From: a virus
Lineage: Duplodnaviria; Caudoviricetes
Length of the DNA: 59,240 nt
Reading direction: 5' to 3' (one strand)
Virus record (IMG/VR): IMGVR_UViG_3300036791_000126
Coordinates: 1 to 59,240 of that record
A program made the position numbers and the translations under genes. The notes below the pieces were generated by a model. That model did not search any database, was not told where the DNA came from, and saw only the letters and a list, made by a program, of their open reading frames with translations. Of the stretch, positions 46,753-54,749 are shown piece by piece (positions within the stretch are counted from its first letter, which is position 1; every line of letters begins with the position of its first letter).

Positions 46753-46953
46753 TTACACCAACATAACACACTTGACTTGCTCGTGGCTGTATCGAGGATC
46801 AGGCTTGGTGAGTCTTTCCTCATGAGTGAGGTATTTGCTGTACGTTGATTCATACACCATATCAACCAAGCTTGAAGTGTCGTACTCCATATGAGCGACA
46901 GGCAAGTCTTGCGGCAACTTGCTCAGTTGCTCGATAAGCTCCTTGACGGTCAT
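46753..46953 (-). CDS. hypothetical protein
   Basis: MTVKELIEQLSKLPQDLPV is a common small phage protein N-terminus. Confidence 0.7.
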   Translation of the reverse strand: MTVKELIEQLSKLPQDLPVAHMEYDTSSLVDMVYESTYSKYLTHEERLTKPDPRYSHEQVKCVMLV

Positions 46954-47018
46954 TTGTACCTTTGTGGGTTGTGGGGGTTTGTGATTGACTTTTGTTGACG
47001 TTTGGGCCGCTGTCCCTT

Positions 47019-47047
47019 ATCTTAGCAGACAGCGACCCATTTGTCAA
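47019..47047 (-). promoter_or_regulatory. sigma70/HrdB-type promoter
   Basis: TTGACA-17 nt-TAAGAT with extended -10 TG. Confidence 0.8.
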
Positions 47048-47073
47048 GTTACTACGTGAGGCTTGTGAGTTTG

Positions 47074-47496
47074 TTACTCGCTATCGGTGTCCGTGGTGGA
47101 CTCGGAAACCTCCGTGGGGTGGTTTCCATTCGAGCTTGCAACCGGAGCAGCGAGGAGACAACGCGACTTGATGAGCACGAACACGGAACCCTCTCTTTGC
47201 ACGACATCAACGTCGTCTGCAATACCCATCTTTTCAGCGGCATTGCGGAAACCCTGGTAAACACTCGTCGGTGACTTGCGCGTGGTTACCTGGTCAAACT
47301 CGCCCGTGGGCTGATTTGTGTCTGGGTTCAGCTTAGGAACCATGACCGTGGGAGCAAACTCCATCGGCCAATCCTCGTAAGGATCGAAACCCAACTCATC
47401 GGAGTTATGATAGACTTCGGTGAGCTTCTCCTCAAACAGACCCTTGACGCGACGATTCGCATACAGTTGTGCGATCTTATCCTGAGTAAGCGGCAT
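47074..47496 (-). CDS. hypothetical protein, MPL-tag family, paralogue of 39286..39684
   Basis: GAGGGGGTG RBS before ATG 47496; MPLTQDKIAQLYANRR. Confidence 0.75.
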   Translation of the reverse strand: MPLTQDKIAQLYANRRVKGLFEEKLTEVYHNSDELGFDPYEDWPMEFAPTVMVPKLNPDTNQPTGEFDQVTTRKSPTSVYQGFRNAAEKMGIADDVDVVQREGSVFVLIKSRCLLAAPVASSNGNHPTEVSESTTDTDSE

Positions 47497-47521
47497 ATTT
47501 TTCACCCCCTCTCGGGGTGGG

Positions 47522-47839
47522 TTAGTGGTGAACTTTGTAATGACATTTCGAACACAACCACGTTACATCAAGATCGTTCGAATAGTCATTGTGGTGAATG
47601 TACAATCTTGTTTTGGAGGCACAACCTTCACATGAGCCATCAGCGGGAGGCTTGATTTCACCTCTTTTTACGGCTGCCCTCGTTCTTCTGCGTACTGCCT
47701 CTTTGTGGGTTTTCAGCGGAAGTTGCTTACTCTTTAGCTGTGAGAGAGGCGGCCTTTCATACGCTCCAGGCGGAACCTTCACTTCAGCTTTAGCCGCGAT
47801 TGCCATTATTTCAGCGATCTTATCGGGAGTAAGTGGCAT
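47522..47839 (-). CDS. HNH-like Zn-finger protein with MPL tag (probably leaderless)
   Basis: CEGC...HHNDYS.DLDVTWLCSKCH..H; -10 TAGAAT lies 6 nt upstream of the ATG. Confidence 0.7.
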   Translation of the reverse strand: MPLTPDKIAEIMAIAAKAEVKVPPGAYERPPLSQLKSKQLPLKTHKEAVRRRTRAAVKRGEIKPPADGSCEGCASKTRLYIHHNDYSNDLDVTWLCSKCHYKVHH

Positions 47840-47864
47840 CCCCTGATTCTAGCACATGCCGGGG

Positions 47865-47878
47865 CGAACATGCGTTCT
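47865..47878. promoter_or_regulatory. LexA (Cheo-type) SOS box over the -35 position of the 47839 promoter
   Basis: CGAAC-ATGC-GTTCT, one mismatch to CGAAC-N4-GTTCG. Confidence 0.55.
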
Positions 47879-47892
47879 TACGACGCTCCGAC

Positions 47893-47925
47893 AGGTAATC
47901 TAAGCCGGTCGGACTTAGATTACCT
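47893..47925. terminator. 12-bp hairpin between the two SOS boxes
   Basis: AGGTAATCTAAG / CTTAGATTACCT perfect inverted repeat. Confidence 0.5.
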
Positions 47926-47940
47926 CTACCCGAGCTTCGT

Positions 47941-47954
47941 CGAACGTATGTTCG
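47941..47954. promoter_or_regulatory. LexA (Cheo-type) SOS box
   Basis: Perfect CGAAC-GTAT-GTTCG preceded by T. Confidence 0.65.
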
Positions 47955-48182
47955 TATTCCCGAGTTTTACTAAACTACTTACTTATACTACTACTAATCT
48001 ATAATATAGAAGAATATTGACGTGTTCACAGTGAGCGAACGGTAAAGCTTACACTTTCCTTACAACTCTCTCATAATCCCTGCAAATCGGGCGATTTCAT
48101 CACGCAACTCACCCGAGGAACTTATACACGCTCATATATCCTAAGCGTCCGACACTCAAGGCATTTGTGGATTTCCACGAAC

Positions 48183-48482
48183 CTACAGTTTGTACCAGGA
48201 CACCTCATCTTTGGTGACCGTCCCGTCTGCGTGAAACCGGAGGGTTCCATCACCACCGGGGTAATACTTGCGAGTACCGTTAGGCAGACGGGTAGTTCTA
48301 CCCTTACGACTACGTCTTACAGTACCTTGCTTGCCTTCGAACTTACCCACGACATCAGCACTCGGCTTACCGAACTGGATCACTCCATCGGAGTCACAGT
48401 AGCGTTGATTACCTTGTCCTGTGCCGGTTTTTGAGCCGGAGGCCGTGAGCAGACTCATTACTTGCGAGTTACTCAATGGCAT
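48183..48482 (-). CDS. hypothetical basic protein
   Basis: AGGAGGTG RBS; MPLSNSQVMSLL. Confidence 0.7.
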   Translation of the reverse strand: MPLSNSQVMSLLTASGSKTGTGQGNQRYCDSDGVIQFGKPSADVVGKFEGKQGTVRRSRKGRTTRLPNGTRKYYPGGDGTLRFHADGTVTKDEVSWYKL

Positions 48483-48571
48483 GTTTTCTCACCTCCTCTC
48501 TCACTCGATTCAGTTGCATTCACTCAATCCACTGTAGCAGCGTAGTTGTAAAGGACTTTGTCTTGGAGCGA

Positions 48572-48868
48572 GCAAGTTTGCCAAGTTTGGCACTTTTGTA
48601 GCTTGCCAAGTTTGCCAAGTTTGTAGCTTGCGCAACTTGCTACTGAGCACAGCGTACCCCACTAGTTGTAATGAATCCGTGAGGTCACCTCACCTGCTCA
48701 CCTGCTCAGCTGCTCAGCTGACATCATCTCAGCATCTCAGCATCTCATCATCTCTGATGATGTCTACTGAGCATACCAGTATAAGGGATTCAATCACAAC
48801 GATTGAACGTGCCAACCATTGAATCTCACACTGGTATGCTACGTGCTACGTGTTACGTGCTACGTGTC
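48572..48868. repeat. short tandem arrays (9-, 8- and 7-nt periods) around an inverted repeat at the strand-divergence point
   Basis: GCCAAGTTT-type, CA(C/G/T)C(T/A)(G/T)CT-type and GTGCTAC-type arrays; AGCATACCAGT..GATTCAAT / ATTGAATC..ACTGGTATGCT. Confidence 0.75.
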
Positions 48869-49047
48869 GCACACTGTGCGTCACAAGTGCGGCGCCGAGT
48901 GCGGCGCGACTCACAGACGGAAAGGTACGCCTGGACGTGTAACGATAATGTGTGCCAATCATAACACTCTGATAACACCTCTCGTGTCATACTGTGCATG
49001 CGCGCACAAGGCAAGCGCGCATCACCCCCATACCGAAAGGCTCAACC

Positions 49048-50151
49048 ATGAATCCATTCGTCGCCCACAGGAACCGCCTCGCAAGTGAAGCAGCCGCACG
49101 CGATGCAATCGTCGCACGTGTCAACTGCCACGCTCAACTGAGCAGCATGCGCAGCATGCCTGCAATCGCCCCGATCAATCTGCCGGGCCGCAAGTGTGAC
49201 AGTGGCATGACGCTAGACGCACAGTGTGAGCAGGCTCGCAAGGTGAGCGAGGCACGTGCCCAGCTGCGCACACACTGGAACGAAAGCAAGCTGATGGCGC
49301 GCTGTGGTCTGCGCGTGGAACGTCAGCACAGTGGCACCGAGGATGGCCACCTCTACTGCATCGTCGGCACCGAGGATGAGAACGGCTGGTATCTGTGGCC
49401 GGAACATGCTCGCATGGATGCACTCGCAATCGCGCACGACACACTAGACGCACCGATGCCTCTGGAAAGCGCTGTGCGGGCGCCTGTGCTCTCACGTGAG
49501 CAGCGACAGTATGGGAAGCTGATGCGCGACGCAATCGTCCGTGAGCGCGTCCTGACGCACGAGGAGCGTGAGCGCATGCAGAACGAGCAGAACGAGCAGA
49601 CTCATGCAAGCAAGGCAACCAAGCAGGCCGCGCGTGCTGCTGAACTGAATGGTGGGGTGATCCCCGCAAGCAAGGCCAAGCTGTCAAGCGTCACGCGGCG
49701 CCCGCGCCTGTACGGGAGTCTGACCGATGGTCTGGAAGTACGCGCGGCTGCACGTGGCGCATACGGGGATCGCAAGGTGCGCATCGTCCCTGGTCTGAAA
49801 GTCACGCAGCGCGATCACTACGCACCGCACAGCACGCTACGCCACGTGTACACAATCGGTGTGGCAACACACCCTGACGCCGATGGAGCGAACTACGCGC
49901 AAGCCATTGACCACGTCAGGCGTCACCCCTCACTAGCAGCCGTCACAGTGATCTACGCGGACGGCACGCGCATCGTCCGGCCCGTAAGCGACTACGTGAG
50001 CGCTGAGCAGGCCGCACGTGCTGAGGCGCGTAAGGCGCGTAAGGCTACTGCCGTGAGTCAGGCGCGTGAGGTGATGAGCGCGAGCCGTGCGGTGCATACG
50101 TCAGATGAACGGTTCGGTGCGCACGCCGAACTAGCCTCCGGGGCCGCGTGA
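49048..50151 (+). CDS. hypothetical Ala/Arg-rich protein
   Basis: GAAAGG RBS before ATG 49048; GC-rich and TT-depleted. Confidence 0.65.
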   Translation: MNPFVAHRNRLASEAAARDAIVARVNCHAQLSSMRSMPAIAPINLPGRKCDSGMTLDAQCEQARKVSEARAQLRTHWNESKLMARCGLRVERQHSGTEDGHLYCIVGTEDENGWYLWPEHARMDALAIAHDTLDAPMPLESAVRAPVLSREQRQYGKLMRDAIVRERVLTHEERERMQNEQNEQTHASKATKQAARAAELNGGVIPASKAKLSSVTRRPRLYGSLTDGLEVRAAARGAYGDRKVRIVPGLKVTQRDHYAPHSTLRHVYTIGVATHPDADGANYAQAIDHVRRHPSLAAVTVIYADGTRIVRPVSDYVSAEQAARAEARKARKATAVSQAREVMSASRAVHTSDERFGAHAELASGAA

Positions 50152-50177
50152 GGCTAGCGAACATCCGTCCGACCCAA

Positions 50178-50209
50178 GCGCGCCGAGGGACTGTAAACCC
50201 TCGGCGCGC
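50178..50209 (+). terminator. GC-rich hairpin after the 49048 gene
   Basis: GCGCGCCGAGGG / CCCTCGGCGCGC perfect 12-bp stem, no U tract. Confidence 0.55.
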
Positions 50210-50380
50210 AGAATATGAGGCGCTATCACCGTCTGTGTACGAAATCAAATCCCACTTCAAATTATTGATTTGCTCCTAACGCATGACCTGTGAGATTGCA
50301 CTGAGTAACGTGCTATCCTTCCTGGTGGGCCGAGCCATGCCCAAATCCCTAACCTGAAGCAACTGAAAGGAATCCATCAA

Positions 50381-50584
50381 ATGGCAGACGACCCACAAGC
50401 CTCTACCGTCGTGCTAGACCCACCTGTTTCAGGGACGAGGCAAATCAACCAAGCCCAGCTAATGTTTGAATTGCCCCACACCGCTACAACCACACTTGAA
50501 ACACCAACCACAGATCCACCTCCCACTGAGCCTCCTACTGATCCTGAACCAGATGATGATGGAGATGATGAGGATGAATCCTAA
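50381..50584 (+). CDS. small acidic Pro-rich protein
   Basis: GAAAGGA RBS; 67 aa. Confidence 0.55.
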   Translation: MADDPQASTVVLDPPVSGTRQINQAQLMFELPHTATTTLETPTTDPPPTEPPTDPEPDDDGDDEDES

Positions 50585-51041
50585 CGCAGACAACACACCC
50601 GCCGGCGACCCCACAGATCCAACTGATCCCACACCCGATAAACTCAACCTCAACGCAGACGACACCAACACATCCGACCACGAACCCGAAACCACTGGCA
50701 ATCACTCAGAATTGTTTGGCCCAAGTGACGATGCACTAGCGGCTGAATATGCTAAGTATGCAAAGTCGCTTAGAGAAGAGTTTGAGCGTAACCCCTCACC
50801 GGAAGATAGAGCTGCTGAGAACGTCGAAAGATTCACAAGAGATTTCTTCAAGAAACACATTGCAAGTGCAGCAGCTCAGATCGTGTGGCTCTCAGCCAAC
50901 TCCACTAGCGACTCGGTGCGTTTGCGCGCTTGCCAGGTAATCGTCAAGGAAGCGCTTGCTGATGCACGTGCAGATGGCGATGGTATCAAGGATCTTCTCA
51001 AAGATTTGATGATTGATCCTAATAGCCCGCAGTTCTCCTAA
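50574..51041 (+). CDS. putative terminase small subunit
   Basis: AAAQIVWLSANSTSDSVRLRACQVIV helical motif; lies upstream of the large terminase. Confidence 0.5.
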   Translation: MNPNADNTPAGDPTDPTDPTPDKLNLNADDTNTSDHEPETTGNHSELFGPSDDALAAEYAKYAKSLREEFERNPSPEDRAAENVERFTRDFFKKHIASAAAQIVWLSANSTSDSVRLRACQVIVKEALADARADGDGIKDLLKDLMIDPNSPQFS

Positions 51042-51064
51042 CCCCCAACACACAAGGAAAAAAG

Positions 51065-51274
51065 ATGAGTAGCTCAGAAGCCGATGACACTCAGCCCGAA
51101 GATGCAGCAGAAGAGGCTGAGGAGGCAGGCCAAATGGTTACCATCATCACGCACACTATCACCAGTACACCTGATAGCGATGGTGACTATGGTATCCCCA
51201 CCGTAGAAACCAGTGTCATTTCAGGCCCCATCGAAGATGTCGAAGAAGAGATGGAAGATAACGGCGACGACTGA
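51065..51274 (+). CDS. small acidic hypothetical protein
   Basis: AAGGA RBS; TGATG coupling to the terminase. Confidence 0.55.
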   Translation: MSSSEADDTQPEDAAEEAEEAGQMVTIITHTITSTPDSDGDYGIPTVETSVISGPIEDVEEEMEDNGDD

Positions 51275-52821
51275 TGTCACTGTTAGTTAATCCATCAGGT
51301 GTTGAGCCTGGCATATCTGCTGAAGCCCTGTATAAGAAAATAGGGTTTAAGTCGCATTCCCCTGGTCAGCACGATTACCTCCTTTCTAAAGCGCGGTTCA
51401 ACGTGCCCTGCTGCGGTAGACGCTATGGCAAGTCTATCGTGGCAGGGCATCGTATGACGCATAAATCATTTGTGCCCGATTCATGGAACTGGATCGTTGG
51501 CCCTACGTACAAGCTTGGTGAGAAAGAGTTTAGAGTCACCTACGACGACTATCGCAAGTTGGGCTTGCTCAAATATTGTCGCAAGGGTTACAGTGCAGCC
51601 CAAGGCACCATGTATATTAAAACACCATGGGGCGCAACAATCGAAGTCGTCTCAGCAGACAAGCCCGATTCACTACTTGGTGAGGGTTTGTCACACGCAA
51701 TTATGTCTGAGGCTGCACGTCACGATCAATCCACATGGGAGCAGTATGTCGAACCAGCTCTGTCTGACTTGCTTGGCAGTTGTGACTTCCCCAGTACCCC
51801 TAAAGGATACAACTGGTATCACGGCTTGTGGCTGCTTGGACAAGAAGCCGATCTATTCAATCTTCACGCCGCTAGCAACCGCGCAGCCACCACACCCCAG
51901 TCCAATCAACCCACACCTAACCCCAACAACATTGCCAACATAACCGCCCAACAACCTGAATTAGCCGCAGGAATGTCTCAATATCGTTCATGGTCGTTTC
52001 CTACTTGGGAAAATTCCGTAAGATTCCCAGGAGGTTTGCTAAACCCAGAAATACAGCGTGTTAAGCGGCTCGCAAGCAAGCATTGGTTCGATCAAGAGTA
52101 CGGTGCGAGCTTTACAACGATGGCCGGAACCATTTATGAAGAGTTTAATGACAAAACAATGGTCATTCGCACCCCAACTGACCCACTTCAGTGCTTCAAT
52201 CCTGCATGGGCCAACTACCTAGCCTTCGACTATGGATTTAGCAACCCATTTGTCTGTTTGGACATACAAGTAGACCAAGATGACACCTTCTACGTCTGGC
52301 GTGAGTACTACAAGTCCTACATCTCAACTCACGAACATGGCCTCTACTTGCTTAACCGCCCCCAACCCCAAGGCTATCATATCGATGCAATGTGGGGTGA
52401 CCCACGTGGCGCGGATCAGGCTGCTACCCTAGCTCTCACGATTGGCTACGTCAGCCAAGAAGATACTCCTTATACACTGGCTGTTGAGGAACTAAAGCGG
52501 CTGATGAAAGCCGATAAAGTCAGAATTCACCACAGTTGCACCAATCTTATCAGGCAGCTCACGCAGCTACACGTCAAAGAGCAGCTCCGTCGTACCAGTA
52601 ATACCCAGGACTTCAATGAATACTCGAACGAGGGTAATATCCAGCATAAGATAGATGACCACGCCGCTGACGCACTACGGTACTTCATTGGCCCGTACTA
52701 CGTGAACGGCGCAGGAATCAGTCTAGCCGACGTTTATGGTCAACAGTATAAAGGCTCTGAAAGCGAACAGTTCGTGCTAGCCCATAACGACCACATCACA
52801 TTGGGCACCACGCTCTATTAG
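51274..52821 (+). CDS. terL: terminase large subunit
   Basis: CGRRYGKS Walker A, IVGPTY, LLGEGL..AIMSEAA, STPKGYNW, QEYGASF, AFDYGFSNP, DDHAADALRY. Confidence 0.95.
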   Translation: MSLLVNPSGVEPGISAEALYKKIGFKSHSPGQHDYLLSKARFNVPCCGRRYGKSIVAGHRMTHKSFVPDSWNWIVGPTYKLGEKEFRVTYDDYRKLGLLKYCRKGYSAAQGTMYIKTPWGATIEVVSADKPDSLLGEGLSHAIMSEAARHDQSTWEQYVEPALSDLLGSCDFPSTPKGYNWYHGLWLLGQEADLFNLHAASNRAATTPQSNQPTPNPNNIANITAQQPELAAGMSQYRSWSFPTWENSVRFPGGLLNPEIQRVKRLASKHWFDQEYGASFTTMAGTIYEEFNDKTMVIRTPTDPLQCFNPAWANYLAFDYGFSNPFVCLDIQVDQDDTFYVWREYYKSYISTHEHGLYLLNRPQPQGYHIDAMWGDPRGADQAATLALTIGYVSQEDTPYTLAVEELKRLMKADKVRIHHSCTNLIRQLTQLHVKEQLRRTSNTQDFNEYSNEGNIQHKIDDHAADALRYFIGPYYVNGAGISLADVYGQQYKGSESEQFVLAHNDHITLGTTLY

Positions 52822-52909
52822 TTCACACCCAAATAACAGCCCAATCTGCTCCTGTGCGGCCTTTGTAAACCACGGCCCCGCTCGTTGCAAACAGCACTAA
52901 CTCACTCAC

Positions 52910-54478
52910 ATGGCACTTATACCCCGACGCAAATCAAGCAAGTCGCCCAAGAAGCCACAAGTCGCTGGTACCGCAGCGAAGAACATTCCGACTGGAACTA
53001 GTGGGCTTAACGCTGGCAATCAAGCATTAGGACAAATTCCACGGCCTGACTTGAATAGCGAGCTAGGCTCGTCTGTCCCCGTTGTAATCAGGGAGATCGT
53101 ACCTGATCTAGCGCCTGGTTACACATCTATCCTGACTTACTGGAAGATGATGCGGGACTCGACCGTGGATATGTCTGTGCGTGTCATGAAAACTCCTATC
53201 CTCGGTGCTGACTATTACGTCGAGCCTTACAGTAATGACCCCGCGGATCTATTGGTTGCCGAGTTCATTGAGAATAATCTCTTTGAGGGCATGACGGCCC
53301 CGTTCAACAACTCGCTTGAGGACATATTGCATTTTTGTGAAGATGGTTACTCAGTCGTCGAGAAAGTCTATGAGCAGCGTGAGTGGAGTGCCTCAGCAAA
53401 AGGCGCCAACACCAAGACGTATACGATGCTCAAGAAGCTCGGTGTGCGTCCAGCGCAAACGGTGCAAGAGATTGTCTACGATAACAACGGTGGCCCAACA
53501 CAAGTCGTTCAGGGCGCTATTCAGTCGGATGGCACTAGCAAGCAAGTCACCATAGATATCGCTAAGGTGATGGTTTTCTCGTGGAACAAGTCGGGCGGTA
53601 ACCTCCAGGGCAAGTCGATCCTCAGAACTGCCTACCCGCATTGGTTCTACAAGACACATATGTATAAGATGGATGCTATCCAGAAAGAACGGCACGCCAT
53701 TGGTATCCCGCGTGGCAAGGTTCTCCCTGGAGCCAAGGAAAGCGATAAGATTATGTTGCGCACCTTGTTGCGTAACTTGAGGTCGAACGAAGAAAGTTTC
53801 GTCATTCAGACGCCCACCATTGAAATCGACTTCATCGAGCCTTCGACACAACTCGTCGATGTCATTAAATCGGCGGAACATCATAACGCGGCGATCATGG
53901 CTAACGTCATGGGTCAGTTCCTTGTCATGGGAATGCAGGTCGCCGGTGGGAGCGGTGGAAGAAACACAGCTTCCACAGGAGCTGATATGTTCATGAAGGC
54001 GATGAAACACGTCGCTAACTACATCGCCCAAACAATCAACATGTATCTCATTCCCGAGCTTGTCGTGTGGAACTTTCCCACCAAGAACTTCCCACAACTC
54101 AAGTGTCGCAATATTGGCGAGACGCGCGACCTCCAAATGCTTGGCGCTGCGCTCGCCAATCTCTTTGCTCAGGGTGCATTGACGACTGACATGGATACCG
54201 AGAACTGGATCAGGGAGACGTTTGACATGCCCGACAAGCTTCCTGATGCACAACCCACAGTTCCAGTCACTCCCAAAGATGTCACCCCACTTACTCCCGA
54301 AGCAATCCTCGCTGCTGCCGCTGGTAAAGCCGCGCCCACACAAACCAATGGTACACAAACCACACCACCTACTAATGGCAAGGGCCCCAAGGCAGCAGTA
54401 GCTAACCAAAAAGGCAATGTCACTCCAGGAGCAGTTAAGACTGGTAATGTTGGAGTCCCACCAATGGGTGCTCACTAA
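52910..54478 (+). CDS. portal protein (DUF935/Mu gp29-like)
   Basis: GYSVVEKVY, GNLQGKSILRTAYPHW..K, ERHAIGIP, LIPELVVWNF; follows terL. Confidence 0.9.
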   Translation: MALIPRRKSSKSPKKPQVAGTAAKNIPTGTSGLNAGNQALGQIPRPDLNSELGSSVPVVIREIVPDLAPGYTSILTYWKMMRDSTVDMSVRVMKTPILGADYYVEPYSNDPADLLVAEFIENNLFEGMTAPFNNSLEDILHFCEDGYSVVEKVYEQREWSASAKGANTKTYTMLKKLGVRPAQTVQEIVYDNNGGPTQVVQGAIQSDGTSKQVTIDIAKVMVFSWNKSGGNLQGKSILRTAYPHWFYKTHMYKMDAIQKERHAIGIPRGKVLPGAKESDKIMLRTLLRNLRSNEESFVIQTPTIEIDFIEPSTQLVDVIKSAEHHNAAIMANVMGQFLVMGMQVAGGSGGRNTASTGADMFMKAMKHVANYIAQTINMYLIPELVVWNFPTKNFPQLKCRNIGETRDLQMLGAALANLFAQGALTTDMDTENWIRETFDMPDKLPDAQPTVPVTPKDVTPLTPEAILAAAAGKAAPTQTNGTQTTPPTNGKGPKAAVANQKGNVTPGAVKTGNVGVPPMGAH

Positions 54479-54744
54479 TGGCTCACAGTCATACCCGTGC
54501 AGTTGACGATGAAGTCACTGTTCCAATTCAGGACATGGCCTGTGCTGCTTTTGGAGCGGAGGCCGCCGCGTTGCCAAAAGTCAAACTCAACAGATACTTC
54601 GTCAAGAACGAACGGCTTTATTACATCAGAACTATTACACACGGTGTAAACTATTCGGCGTACTTCATCGAGAATTGCGAAACGGATTACACGATGTGGG
54701 TCAGTGGCTCATTTCTCACGGGAAAGGAGGTGACGTGGATCTAA
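54478..54744 (+). CDS. hypothetical protein
   Basis: TAATG coupling to the portal gene. Confidence 0.55.
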   Translation: MAHSHTRAVDDEVTVPIQDMACAAFGAEAAALPKVKLNRYFVKNERLYYIRTITHGVNYSAYFIENCETDYTMWVSGSFLTGKEVTWI

Positions 54745-54749
54745 ATCAA

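Noticed and set aside
48572-48868. CRISPR array
   Set aside because: Repeats are 7-9 nt tandem units with no unique spacers, and there is no cas operon.
51841-51975. Intein in the terminase
   Set aside because: The insertion is only ~40 aa of low-complexity N/P/Q/T sequence without C/S...HN splice motifs.
222-52864. Chi/KOPS-like strict polarity of the CCTGTGC motif around an origin
   Set aside because: Exact copies look roughly polarised, but the inverted pair at 27530/27567 and near copies at 19939 and 32862 break the pattern.
53393-54475. 360-aa antisense ORF (and similar ones at 9875-10663, 12786-13559, 56354-57055)
   Set aside because: Shadow frames of well-supported genes on the opposite strand, with no RBS or motifs.
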